Shown in pieces: positions 1-12,226 of a stretch of 64,000 nucleotides of DNA (position 1 is its first letter; each line of letters begins with the position of its first letter). Under the pieces are notes generated by a model. It was not told the origin of the DNA, searched no databases, and saw nothing but the letters and a program-made list of their open reading frames with translations. The stretch is from Octopus bimaculoides (lineage: Eukaryota): positions 166,106,780-166,170,779 of the forward strand of contig NC_068981.1 of the NCBI RefSeq assembly GCF_001194135.2, written 5' to 3'. The position numbers and the translations under genes were made by a program.

Positions 1-219
1 TGAAAATGCTATCACATAGTTTATCCAGAAATGAAACATTTTTTTAAAACCACATACCAATCAACAAACTATGTGCTTGTGTGTTCAGTGTATAGGTGAC
101 CTTAACTCTCAATCAAATAACAGCCACATAACACTACATCTATTAGTCATCAAACAACTTGTGCTAATGTGAATGTTTTTACATATTCAGCAACTGTCAT
201 AAGCTGAATAAAGAAAGGA

Positions 220-660
220 TTTGGAAAGAGCAATGCTAATGTGAAATTCTGTTTTAAATTGGGAATAATTATGAAGACCTCTCTAATGCTGCTACAGCCC
301 TATATGAAGGACTGAGCTGTACACAATGTTACAAGTGGTACCAGCATTTCAAATTGGGAAGATGATGAAAATCAAAAGAAAATCTTAAATCTAGACAAAC
401 TTTCATGAAGACAAATGATCACATTGCAAAAATGTGGGCTGCTGTTTTTTTTGGAAAGTCTGTGCTGTACAATGTTACCACAAAATTTGTCATATCAGCA
501 GATATATGAACCAAAACAGTTCTGAGTCACAGTCAGTTGAATGCTCGAATAAAGATGAAAATTTTTTTGAAAAGTGTATCGATGGGTGACAAAATGTAGG
601 TGTATGATTAGAAGCTTGAAACAAAAAGGAAGGGCCAAATTTCAAATGATAGGAAAGATC
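220..660 (+). mobile_element. Degenerate Tc1/mariner transposase fragment
   Basis: Translates with breaks to EQ.ANVKFCFKLG (mariner N-terminus) and KC..GD..VYD..LETKR (catalytic D region). Confidence 0.75.
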
Positions 661-1719
661 AAAATAACTTTGCTATTAGAACTCTGCACTAAACCTGAAA
701 ACAAGTTCCAACTGCACAAAATAGTGTTCATCATATAAAAGAAAAGACATCATTATCAAGCAATTCTTCATTTGGTATACATATGTCTAGTGATGTACGA
801 AAGAAAATCTACAAAAGCTAAAATCGATTCAAATCAAACATGAAAATGTCAAGTTGTGTGGCCTGTTTAGCATTGAAAGCACTTAAACTGCCAAGTAGTA
901 AAAATTCTGAGAGTAAAAGAACCCTTTGTTTGAGCGATACTTCATAACCAACACATATTGTTATGAACAGTTTAACAGTAAAAGAGAAAAACAAAAAGAA
1001 AAAAAAAATACATAAAAATTGCTTTTTGTGGTGGGGAAAAAAAAGCCAGCATTCGAAATACAAAAAGCAAGTAGACTATGTAACAAGGGTGTTTACTCGA
1101 TAACTGATGAGTCAGACAAAAAAAATCTAAAACAAAGACAACTTAAAATATATAATCTCTATGATTATATTTTGCCTGTAATGTCTAACAAACACAAAAA
1201 AAGCTATATGACAGAAGTCTATTTTCTTTTTTAACCTCATAAACCCAGAAGAAAGGGCTTCCCAAATGTATAACCTAAAATACAAGCATTTGTTAAAACT
1301 TAGACAGCCAACAGTACTGAAAAAACAATCTAATTCCATTTAAGAAATTGCATTAATGTTATAAATTTTTTATTGGAGTCAAGATTTTATGTAATTAGTA
1401 ACTATTATTATTATTACTGTTTTTATTGAAATTACATTGACTATATACATATAGTCAATGTTCCTGAAATGGAACTGCTAAGTTATAAAAGTAAAATGTT
1501 AATTCTAAATATCTTTTTATTGACTATTTTATTTCAATGTTATTCTTCATTTCTGTTAAATTTTAATTACTTAATCCCGCAAATACTTTGTACATGTGCA
1601 TGTGTAAAGAAAAAGAGAAAATGAAATTGGTCACAATTTTGAATGCATTGCATCCATACATGCATGAATATATGGGTGCAAATGCTTAATAAAAAGTTTT
1701 CTGCCTCACCTGATTTTTT

Positions 1720-2028
1720 TTACATTTTCAAGTTTTTAGATAATTGTTTGGGGAGTTTGTCTTGTAAACCAAGACAATATATTAAATAAGTCATTGCTTT
1801 TAATGGTTCCTCAAATTCTTGCAATTTTTTCTTGCTAAGCAACCAGTCTGGACCAATCTTAGAAAGTACAGTATTTTCATAAAATGGGCAAGCGTCTTTA
1901 GCAGCTACTAGCCGAGCTCTCGTCACAATTCTAATTTCTTCTTGCTTGTATTTCCATACAGTCAATTTATGCAGTGACATGATTTTCTCCACAAATTTCT
2001 GCCGAGATAGTAATTCATCCATTTTACC
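1720..2028 (-). CDS. ASPM: ASPM last coding exon (GKMDELLS...IGPDWLLSKKKLQEFEEPLKAMTYLIYCLG...KM*)
   Basis: ORF 1720-2022 with the C-terminal xPDWxL...ExxxPLxA motif. Acceptor atttcag| at 2028, TAA at 1722-1720. Confidence 0.93.
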   Translation of the reverse strand, partial: GKMDELLSRQKFVEKIMSLHKLTVWKYKQEEIRIVTRARLVAAKDACPFYENTVLSKIGPDWLLSKKKLQEFEEPLKAMTYLIYCLGLQDKLPKQLSKNLKM

Positions 2029-2486
2029 CTGAAATTATAACCACAAAACCAATAAGAAATCTGTTTCAGTATATGAACATGTATGCATATATGGCTGGGC
2101 TACTATGAAGAGGGTAGAACATAAATTAGCTACATTGCTATAGAATATCCAAAATGAATTCAAGAATGGAGCAGAGTGAATGACGTGATCATAGAATACT
2201 GAAAACACAGATTCCAATAGGTTAGACATGTTGCAAATTTCAAGACAACAGGTGGAGCCTTGCAGTTACTAAGTGGCATCCAAGAGATCAGAAAAGGCTA
2301 GTTGGAAGACCTCCATAGCAAACAAGACAATTTAAACGATTGAGGCCAAGATGGAAGAAAATGGTGAAACCAAGTAAGAATTGGAAGTGCATTGTGACCA
2401 GCAATGTATAACATCTGATAGTCTGGGCGATACAGTGACACAGATGCAAGTGTATATATGATTGAGTATGCATGTATAAATGCATT

Positions 2487-2863
2487 GTGATGGCACGAGC
2501 ACCGACCAAGCGTGATCATTGCCAGAGCACCAGCTGTCTGGCTTCCGTGCCAGTGGCACGTAAATAGCACCATTTGAGCATGATCGTTACCAGCGTCACC
2601 TTACTGGCACTTGTGCCGGTGGCATGTGAAAAAACATTCGAGTGAGGTCGTTGCCAGTGCCGCTGGACTGGCCTTCATGCCGGTGGCACATAAAAGCACC
2701 CACTACACTCTCAGAGTGGTTGGCGTTAGGAAGGGCATCCAGCTGTAGAAACTCTGCCAGATCAGATTGGAGCCTGGTGCAGCCATCTGGTTCGCCAGTT
2801 CTCAGTCAAATCATCCAACCCATGCTAGCATGGAAAGCAGACGGTAAACGATGATGATGATGT
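2487..2863 (+). mobile_element. 5'-truncated RTE 3'-end repeat with internal ~57-60-bp units and (GAT)n tail
   Basis: Shares GAGTGGTTGGCGTTAGGAAGGGCATCCAGCTGTAGAAAC...GATGATGATG with many other copies in the window. Confidence 0.85.
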
Positions 2864-3037
2864 ATAGATGACTGCACATTAATAGATGAGAGTGTACATA
2901 CATATGAACACATGTAGTGCATATATGAGTGTGAGTATGCAGACATGAACAAGTAGAGGAGCAGGATATGCTAACTCCAGCTTATATCAACATTTTACTT
3001 TCAAAATAAGTGAAAAGCAGCAAAAAAAGAAAATTAC

Positions 3038-3187
3038 CTTTTCCTTCAGATCTAAAGCTATACTTCCCAACAATATACAAGATTTGGAGAAAACCAAGCC
3101 CTTTTCTCGGAAAACCATCATAACATTGAGAATAATATCTATAGCATCTGGGCGGGAATGATAAACAGACTCAATGGTTGGAGCATA
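3038..3187 (-). CDS. ASPM: ASPM coding exon 23 (YAPTIESVY...FREKGLVFSKSCILL...DLKEK)
   Basis: ORF 2987-3205. Acceptor tttccag|, donor AAG|GTAATT, phase 0-0. Confidence 0.92.
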
Positions 3188-4044
3188 CTGGAAAGAGAAG
3201 GACAAGAATTAAATGTTTTTATATTTGAATATTTTTAGCTTATTTATTCAGTTAGATTACAATCATATGAAAAGCCTTTTCAATATAACATTTAAATTCT
3301 GTTTGTTTGGCAGAAGGCTTCATATTTTAACTTGGCTTGAAAAAATATATCATCATACATAGTTTTTGGGGGTTTTTTTCCAAATTGGTAAGGGTTTCAA
3401 GGGTTAGTTCTAGTACAACATCTCACCACTTGTTACAGTCTTTATTGCAAAAGACTGCAACAGATGGCAACAACAGAATTATAACTCACTCAGCTGCTTT
3501 CATTGTGCATGCATATGATGGCATGCAAGCTAAGCAAATAATGTTATGCTCTCGAGAAAATTATGAGAAACTATTTCATCTTCATTTTAACATCTACTTT
3601 TCCATGCAGACTTCTATGGTTGGATGCCCTTGTTGCCAACCCTCATCTATTTCCGAGCAAGGTAATATTTCTCTATTACAAGACATGCTTTGTGAAGAAT
3701 ATTGGAAATGAATGACAATCATTTTACAACTCATGTGATGCCAAAACCAAGATACAGATGTCTGTGTGTATCTCTCTATATATATATATATTATATATAC
3801 ACACATAGTTTTCTTTTAGTTTTCCTCAACCAAATCCATTCACAAGGCTATAGTTAGCTAGGGTCTATAGTTGATGCTAATAGAAGATCCATATTCTTTA
3901 AGATGGAAGGGCGATATCTCTAGCATGCCAAAGGTACCCACATTAGCCCCAGATTCATATTGGCAGTGAGACCAGTTATCAAGGCTTAAGTGTGGAACAG
4001 ATGGAAGAGTAACTACTTAATTGATGACTGATAGGTATCTTTTA

Positions 4045-4246
4045 TCTTTTAGTTGTTGCAGTCATTAGACTGTGGCCATGCAGGAGCACCACCTCGAGGA
4101 ATTTTTAGTTGAATGAATTGACCTCGGTCATTTTTTTTTTTATTATTCTATTGGTCTCTTTTGCCAAACCACTAAGTTATGGGAACATAAACACACCGAC
4201 ACCAGTTGTCAAATGATGGTAGGGGGACAAACACAAACACACACAC

Positions 4247-4278
<32 letters not shown>

Positions 4279-4475
4279 GTGTGTGTGTGTGCGTGTGCGT
4301 GCGCGTGCGCGTGCGCGTTTGACAGGCTTCTTTCAGTTTCCAAGCACCAAATCCACTCACAAAGCTTTGGTCAGCCCAAAGATATAGTATAAGACACTTG
4401 CCCAAGGTGCCATACAGTGGGACTGAACCCAGAGCCATAAGGTTGGGAAGGACATTTCCTACCACACAGCCACAA
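4045..4475 (-). mobile_element. SINE family B copy
   Basis: Reverse complement of the 47764-48173 consensus with a (GT)/(GC) microsatellite. Confidence 0.85.
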
Positions 4476-4790
4476 CTGACATATTAGGCATCCTCAGTAA
4501 GGACTAATGTAGTGTGCGAAAGCAAGTGAACCTGGCAAAGGTCAGAATATAGATAACCCCTGTAGCTGAGGAGTAGCTCAATGCAGGCTCAGTCTAGACT
4601 GCTTACTGAGAGGTTACTTTTATCATTACATGCAAGCAGAGGTTATACTACATATAAGGATATGCTCAATAACTCATCTTTGTTGATGTTCTAACATCCA
4701 TTTTCCCTACTTGCATGAGTCAGATGTTAAATGATGATGACAATCTTAAGATATGCCTACCACTGAAAATCAAAGATGAATGGTACAAAC

Positions 4791-4945
4791 CTTTGCTAAA
4801 TTAAGAAATATTTGTATGCTGTATTTAATGAGTTCCATGTGAGGAACACTGCGGTTACAGCCTTTTATTATGTTGTATATCACCGGAATAGCATTTTCCC
4901 TAGCCAACTGGAGACAACACACAGGAGAAAGACGAGAAGCAGCTT
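4791..4945 (-). CDS. ASPM: ASPM coding exon 22 (AASRLSPVCC...IKGCNRSVPHMELIKYSIQIFLNLAK), ARM/HEAT-like region
   Basis: Conserved RLSPxCC and CNRSxPxME motifs found by manual translation. Acceptor ttctgcag|, donor AAG|GTTTGT, phase 1-0. Confidence 0.95.
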
Positions 4946-5543
4946 CTGCAGAAGAAAAAAGATTTTATTCAGATCAGAATATAGTTAGAAAAAAAAAAAC
5001 TCTGAAGCAAAATACAAAGTTAGAGGGAAATTCTTCAGAGTGGTAGACAAATGAATTGAGAAGTAATATTTATTAGAAGATTCAGGCAGTTATATGTATG
5101 GTGAAAAGTAAAGAAAGTAAAATAAGTTATTCTCCATGAAAGTAAAGTGCTGTTATCTTGTTCTGTAGAGCAAAATATGCAGAAAAAGAGAGACAAAAGA
5201 GACAGTTTTCCTGAGGTGGCAGCATAAAATTATAAATCAGGCAGTTTACATTCTTCTAAATGCAGTGTTACAAAGATGTGCCAAATACAAGAGCAATTAA
5301 GTGGAATGATGGTATTTCAACTCTGTAGCAAGTCCAAATATGGATAAAATTCAGAGTAGTGGTGGTTGATTAATATTAATCAAAATAGAGAGAAATTAAA
5401 ATTATTTAAAAATCTAGTAGGAGACAAGATTTGACATATCGAGGAAAAGGGGACTGGTAAGCTGATGTGACAGTATACCGTCACATTTTATTATACTAAA
5501 AAGAAGCTAACTCAATTGGTTATCAAGTACCTAATAAATAATA

Positions 5544-5789
5544 TTGGGTTGGTGCATAATTATTGCAGCTTTTTTTCAACGAATTTTATTCAACAAAAAC
5601 AATAATATTTAAGAAAAACATCTTTAAATGACAGTCTGACCATCTGCCAAGCAAATGGGAAGCTGTAATTGAAGTAGATGGAGAATATGCTCTGGAATAA
5701 TCATTTAAAGATGTTTTTGTTACATGTTATTGTTTTTGTTGAATAAAATTTGTTGAAAAAAAAGTTGCAATAATTATGCACCAACCCAA
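5544..5789. mobile_element. Mariner-type MITE with ~88-bp inverted arms and TA target-site duplication
   Basis: TA|TTGGGTTGGTGCATAATTATTGC ... GCAATAATTATGCACCAACCCAA|TA. The spacer encodes DHLPSKWEAVIEVDGEYA (mariner C-terminus). Confidence 0.92.
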
Positions 5790-6376
5790 TAATTATAAAA
5801 TTTTAACTATGAAGAGTATTCTTAAACAGATACAATTTAACAGCAACAACTAGGATAAATTTGGGCAGGAAGTAAATGAAAACTAGACACACAATTGCAA
5901 GTTTAAACCTTACTTGAAACTTAGAAATGAGCAAGAGACATAACTGTATGTCTTACTTTAGTGTGCCTGCTAAATTACAGACTCCTTTCAGTGTTTACTT
6001 GAGTAGTTAACTATAGGAAAAGGCAACCACTATCAAGTTAATTGCTCTGACAATATGCAAGTATTTAAACTGTGAAAAAAGATTTTAAAAATCAAACAAT
6101 ATATATAAACAGACTGCAGATTTTCTATTTTCTACCTCACTGAAAATTAAAATAATTTCAAATTTTGACTTAAGGGCAGCAATTTTTAGAGGTAGGGATT
6201 AGTAAATTATACAGACCCCCAGTAGTTCATCAAGCCCAAAAGGATACCTCAGCAGTATTTGAACTCAGAATGTACAGTTTGAGAAAAAATACCACAAATC
6301 ATTCTGATACTCTAATGATTCTGCCAGTTCACTGCCTTAATAATAAGTAGAAACAACAATGATAATTGCCACTAAC

Positions 6377-6566
6377 CGAGGTTCACAAGGGCATGAAGTA
6401 CATCAGAAAGATGTTTGAATTTCATTAATTGATCAAAACCCTTAGCAAATCTACTAATTAACTTCTTATCCTCAGTTGCTTCTTTTGTTACAGCTACCAA
6501 ACGTTGCCTCAACTTAGTAATAGTCCGTTTGCTCTGACATCGGACTTTATAACCTCTCCAGTAACT
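6377..6566 (-). CDS. ASPM: ASPM coding exon 21 (SYWRGYKVRCQSK...EATEDKKL...LSDVLHALVNL)
   Basis: Completes the last IQ (LIQ|SYWRGY) and starts the C-terminal helical region. Acceptor ttttccag|, donor CG|GTTAGT, phase 0-1. Confidence 0.92.
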
Positions 6567-7465
6567 CTGGAAAAGAAAAACAAAAAGGAATTAAGAACAG
6601 TAAATCATTCTGATGCTTTTATGCACAATTTCAAAAAAGAGGGAGAAAGAGAGAATGTAAGAGACAAATTGGTACAAAAGCATTTACAAAAATAATCAAA
6701 CAGAAAATTAAGCTAACTAGATACATATCTGAAGTATATAGGAATGGATGAACAGAGACAAGAGCATTTAAAGGATTTACAATCAGCACACAAATAATTA
6801 AGTGGCTCATAATAATCTGGTCAATGAATATTGTCAGTTGTAGCCTAGCTACAAAGGCTTGTGTCACCGTTTATACCTGAAGTAGGGTTATGCGATTTGT
6901 AGCAATAGTTCAGTGTATATTGTAAACATACAGAGACATTTGTGCACATGTATACATGCAATGGATTTCTTTCAGTTTACGTCCAGCAAATTCCTTCACA
7001 AGCTTGATCAGCCTAGGGCTATATAGTAAAAGACATTTGTCCAAAGTGCCACATAGTGAGACATCACAATAAGCTGCACCCAGTACACTGGAGTGGTCAG
7101 TGTTAGGAAGGACATCCAAAATATGTCAATGGAAGGCAGACATTAAACTATGATGATGATGATGATGTCCTTGTGTAGTACATCTAGGAGGGCAGTGACT
7201 TCAAATATGAACTCAAACCATGATGACTTGTCCAACCCATGGCAACATTTTTAATTGATTACATTAGGAAGAGCATCCAGCTGTAGAAACCATGCCAAAT
7301 CAGACTGGAACTTGGTGCAGCTCTCCAGCTTACCAGTTTCAGTCAAACTTTCTAACCCATGCCAGCATGAAAAGCAGACACTAAATGATGATTTTAACCT
7401 AACTGAAACAAACAGGAGTCAGAGTAATGCCTTGGCACACTTCAGCGTTGTGATCATGAGAAAGT

Positions 7466-7695
7466 CACACAATTCTTATTTCTTTACTGCCTACAAGGGG
7501 CTAAACATAGAGGGGACAAACAAGGGATTAAGTCGGTTACATCGACCTCAGTGTGTAACTGGTACTTAATTTATTGACCCCGAAAGGATGAAAGGCAAAG
7601 TCAACCTCGGCAGAATTTGAACTCAGAACGTAGCGGCAGACGAAATACCGCTAAGCATTTCGTCTGGCATGCTAACGTCTCTGCCAGCTCGCCAC
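7466..7695 (-). mobile_element. tRNA-type SINE family C (core GCCTTTCATCCTTTCGGGGTCAATAAATTAAGTACCAG)
   Basis: Head GGCGAGCTGGCAGA..GTTAGCA..., B-box-like GAGTTCAAATTC. The core resembles a widely conserved metazoan SINE central domain. Confidence 0.85.
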
Positions 7696-7903
7696 AATTC
7701 TGCCTACCTTAGTTTACTCTGATGTATTTTAGGGTTGAATGGTTAACAGTAAAATAAACAGTAAAACCATGCTGTAATGAAACCCAGGGTCCTGCCTTAG
7801 CTAATTGGGACAAATATGAAAGAAGCACACCATAAAAACAAAATAACTTGGCTAATAAAAACAAAACATTTACAATAACTATATTAAAAAGACAATCATT
7901 TAC

Positions 7904-8095
7904 TTGGATAAGAGTAGCATTCCGATGAAATTTCTTGACACGCTTTCTGACGATCCACCCTCTCATTACACGTTGAATGAGTTGAGCTGCATGATCTCGC
8001 CTTTTCAGATACTGCTGGAGATAACGCGCAATCGTCAAGATGGCACTCTTCTTCTTTTCAAAAAGTTTCCTTGCATAAAAAGCACGGATATTTGA
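7904..8095 (-). CDS. ASPM: ASPM coding exon 20 (SNIRAFYARK...HAAQLIQRVMRGW...NATLIQ), IQ motifs
   Basis: ORF 7709-8038. Acceptor tttttcag|, donor CAA|GTAAAT, phase 0-0. Confidence 0.92.
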
Positions 8096-8465
8096 CTGAA
8101 AAATTTAGAAATAGCATTATATACTAGTCAAGAGGAAGGGTGAGTATCCATGACCTTTGCAGGTCTGAGATTGATGCATTTGTTGTTCACTATGAACACC
8201 TGAAATGGATATCGGAAAGAATTTCAGGAGACTGATGTTCTACAATGCTCTGTGATGCCCATGTGTGAGTTTTACAGATTGGCATAACATTTCAAATGTA
8301 CAGGAAACGGATATAGAAACTGCATAATGCTTGTTTGGCAGAGTGAGGAGGAGTGACTAAAGCAAATTTCTACAAAATACAAATTTTAGTGCAGACAAAC
8401 CCAACTATTCAGTGTTAAGTATTTGCTTTAGTCACTCCTCCCCACTCTGCCATTCGTGAAAATAA

Positions 8466-8800
8466 GAGCATCGCCTTACTGGCACTTGTGCCAGTGGTAC
8501 GTGAAAAACAGCATTCAAGCAGAGGTGTTGCCAGTGCCACTGGACTGGCTCCTGTCCAGGTGACACGTAAAAACACCATTTGAGCATGGCCATTGCCAAT
8601 ACCGCTTGACTGGCCCTCATGCCAGTGGCACATAAAAGCACCCACTACACTCTCAGAGTGGTTGGCGTTAGGAAGGGCATCCAGCTGTAGAAACTCTGCC
8701 AGATCAGATTGGTGCAGCCATCTGGCTCACCAGCCCCTAGTCAAACCATCCAACCCATGCCAGCATGGAAAGCAGACGTTAAACGATGATGTGATGTGAT
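8466..8800 (+). mobile_element. RTE 3'-end repeat copy
   Basis: Same consensus as 2487-2863. Confidence 0.85.
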
Positions 8801-9871
8801 ATATACTTATGTTTCATTCTTGGATGAAACCATTAAGTACTTGTTTTAATGAGTTGGTCATTTAGAACAAACTACACAAGCTCATAACAATAGCTATGTG
8901 AACACCTGTCAGGTTGTAAAAATAGCAACCAAATTTCCATCAGCACCCTACTATCTTAAAGGCAAGATGCATTAAACAGTGTAGACCCTGATATTCAAAA
9001 AGATGGAATGGTCATGACTACAATGTGTATGGATCATAAGTATTTGATTACAGCTGACTGAGTAAAACAAATGAAGGCAATGTATGATAAAACTAATTAA
9101 ACCTAATAAATTCTGCATTTGTTGGTGATTTTATTTATTTAAGCTAACAAGCCATCTGTTGGGGATCTGAGAGCAGATGATGCACTTAAAAAGACAGTTT
9201 TGGAGACAAGTAAAACTTGCACAAAAATATGGCTACCATTTCATCACAAATTCAGCATATTTTTCTGTTTTGACTCTTTTTCAATGGTATTTTCATTTCA
9301 CTTACTGTGTGCAAGCATGGCTGTGTGGCTAAGTTCACTTCCCAATTACATTTCAGGTTCAAAAATATTTATTAGCAACAGAGGGAGTATTAATTCCTAG
9401 AGGTAATATTTATCTCCACTCAAACAAGGATGTTCTGTTACAACAAACTCTCCTGCAGTAGTTACGATAAGAAAAATCTTCATATTGGCTTTTGATGCAA
9501 AATGCATTCTAGTTCATATTGTTAGTAGGGAGGTAAATAGCTGCTTCAGCACCAAGACTACCACATCACTTGATTTCGACCTTCCTTGGTCTTATCAAGG
9601 ATGAACACTTGACCGCTAGAGATGTTCTAGCAGAACCTCCACATTTTAAGTGAGGATAAACATTGCCTCTCACCATTTCAAGTTCAGTTTCACTAAACAG
9701 CACCTTGTACTTTCTACAATTGCCCCATGCCAACCAAAGACTAGAGAAGATTTAGTAAATAGATACTGAAAGAATCCTGTCATGTATCATTGTAGTGTCT
9801 ACTTTTCCATGCTCGTAGAGGTCAGATGAGAGAGTGGTATCTAGTATAATTAAACATTTTTAGTGCTTTTT

Positions 9872-10254
9872 TTTCTATCACTTGCTTCAGTCATTTGACT
9901 GCAGCCATGCTGGAGCACCACCTTCAAAGGTTTTAGTCAAACAAAACCTCAGGACTCTTTTTTCAGCCCAGTACTAATTCCGTCTCTTTTGCCAAACTGC
10001 TTAGTTATGGGGATGGAAACACATCACTAGTTGTCAAGCAGTGATTTGGGCGGGGATAGACAAACGTGCGCGCACACACACACACACACACGCACGCGCA
10101 CACACACACACGCACACACACACACACACACACACTAGGCTTTGGTCAGCCTGAGGCTATAGTAAAAGACACTTGCCCAAGGTGCCATGCAGTTGGACTG
10201 AACCCAGAACCATGTAGTTGCGAAGCAAGCTTCTTACCACATAGCCACACCTGT
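9872..10254 (-). mobile_element. SINE family B copy, ~40 nt into the intron after ASPM exon 19
   Basis: Consensus match with a (CA)n centre. Confidence 0.85.
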
Positions 10255-10292
10255 GCCGATAAGGATAAAAACCAATTAAAATGTTTACATAC

Positions 10293-10481
10293 TTGTATCA
10301 CAATAGCTGCTGCTGTTTGTTTGGCCAAACATTTTCTAAACAGCCAACCACGGACAAAGGACTGTATTACTGTGGCAGCTTGATGCCTATGATGTAACCA
10401 GCGACGACAATATTTCTGCACAGTACAAACTGCATTTAATTTCTTTGTCCGTGTTTTAAGCAACCAATATTCAGCAGAAAC
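10293..10481 (-). CDS. ASPM: ASPM coding exon 19 (VSAEYWLLKTR...HQAATVIQSFVRGW...AAAIVIQ), IQ motifs
   Basis: ORF 10146-10463. Acceptor tctttcag|, donor CAA|GTATGT, phase 0-0. Confidence 0.92.
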
Positions 10482-11349
10482 CTGAAAGAAATATTACAAT
10501 CTTAATCATCTTCAGTGTTTTAAATTGTTTTTCAAAATAAACTGAATCAAAATAATTTGCTGTATATATTGTTATGAATCATTTCATGTGAGATTCAAGC
10601 AATTACATCATCCCAAATATTCCTAGATATACTACCACATATCTTCACACAAGGAAGCCTTCACATGGTTGCTTAAACTGATAAAAAAAGCAAAACCTCC
10701 CTCAAATCATACTCAACTATCTTAGATAAAGAAAAATGTTAGATAATGTAATTGTACACACCCTACAAAGAGAGGACAGCAAGAATGCCTAAGACCATAG
10801 GTTTGTTCAGAGCAGATCTGGGGCAAAGCAACAACCTTCCACAAATAGATATTTCTATCCAGTCAGTTTCATTTTGTTCAAACCAATTTGACAGGTCTCC
10901 TGCGTATACCGGCCAATGTCTGATACCTACTAATTAATTCATGCATCCCTTCTCACAAAGTTGTTCATCTAACACATCAATATCTAAATTCATTTTCCTT
11001 CCATTATAGCAATGTAAGATTACATTTTATATATTATAGATTATTTTCCATTTGGAAAAAAAAAACAAAAAAACTTTTACAATGAACAGATTAGTTTGAT
11101 AAACTATTTCTAGAAACATCTTTTACTAAATCTGCAACAAGAACAATGGTATCAATATGTTTCCACATTCAAACATGATAATTCGAATTCAATGTTAAAA
11201 TTCTTCAAAGTCTGAGCAATTCTTAAAAGTTCTAGTTCAAATTTGGGATTTCTTATCAAGTATGTAAAGCCTCCCCTCAAATATGTCAAATATCATACAT
11301 GAGAATCATCCCAATTTGCATCTAATCCAGCTCAATCATTATATTATTG

Positions 11350-11815
11350 CTAAGGCAGCAAGTTGGCAGAATAATTAGCACACTGGTCAAAATGCTTAGT
11401 GGTATTTGGCCCATCTGTACATTCTGAGTTCAAATTATGCTGAGGTCAACTTTGTCTTCCATCCTTTCAGGGTCAATAAATTAAGTACCAGTCAAGTACT
11501 AGGGTTGATGTAATCGACTCCTCCCCTCTCCCAAAATTGCAGCCCTTGTGATAAAATTGGAAACCATTATTATTATTAAGGCAGCAAGTTGGCAGAATCA
11601 TTAACACACCAGACAAAGTGCTTAGCAGTATTTCATCCGTCTTCACATTCTGAGTTCAAATTCCACAGAGGTCAATATTGCCTTTTATCCTTTCTGAGTC
11701 TATAAAAAAAGTACCAATTGGGTACNNNNNNNNNNGGGGGGGGGGTCAACATATTCAACATCCCCCTACCCCAAACATCCCCCAAACCCTAACCCTTGTG
11801 CCAAAATTTGAAATC
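11350..11815 (+). mobile_element. Head-to-tail dimer of SINE family C
   Basis: Two copies starting AAGGCAGCAAGTTGGCAGAAT at ~11350 and ~11578. Confidence 0.8.
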
Positions 11816-12160
11816 TTTATTATTTGCACTGTTGATTTAAACACCACATTTATAACTAATCAATTTGCTTAAATTCAATTACTTTTTTGCTGTACTCTAT
11901 ATCTAATATTGAGGGTAAGTCTACTTGAATAATCTTGCTAGCTCAAAATAAGGAAACAATCTTTTAGGAATAGCAGCCAAAACAATCTCAAGCAGTTCAA
12001 AATCAGAATCAGTCTCAGGTTACAACTAATAATCTCATTAACCCATTGAGTGACTAGTGCACCATTCTAATGCTTCATTCTTCTAATACCGAAATACTTC
12101 AGTTACCGCATGAATAAGAAAAAGATTTTTTTCAGCATAAAATATGATTAATTTTCATAC

Positions 12161-12226
12161 TTTGACCAGCAGTAGAGAAGCAGCAGTACAGCAGTCACAA
12201 TTCAAGTTGAAAATACTTCTGGCTTT
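12161..12226 (-). CDS. ASPM: Candidate 66-nt ASPM exon 18 (KARSIFNLNCDCCTAASLLLVK)
   Basis: Good acceptor (cttttccag|) and donor (AAA|GTATGA), open frame, phase 0-0. No recognisable ASPM motif, and the gene model also works without it. Confidence 0.4.

Noticed and set aside
11920-12020. Protein-like stretch ETDSDFELLEIVLAAIPKRLFPYFELARLFK on the minus strand
   Set aside because: No convincing acceptor in the right phase, and in-frame stops on both sides.
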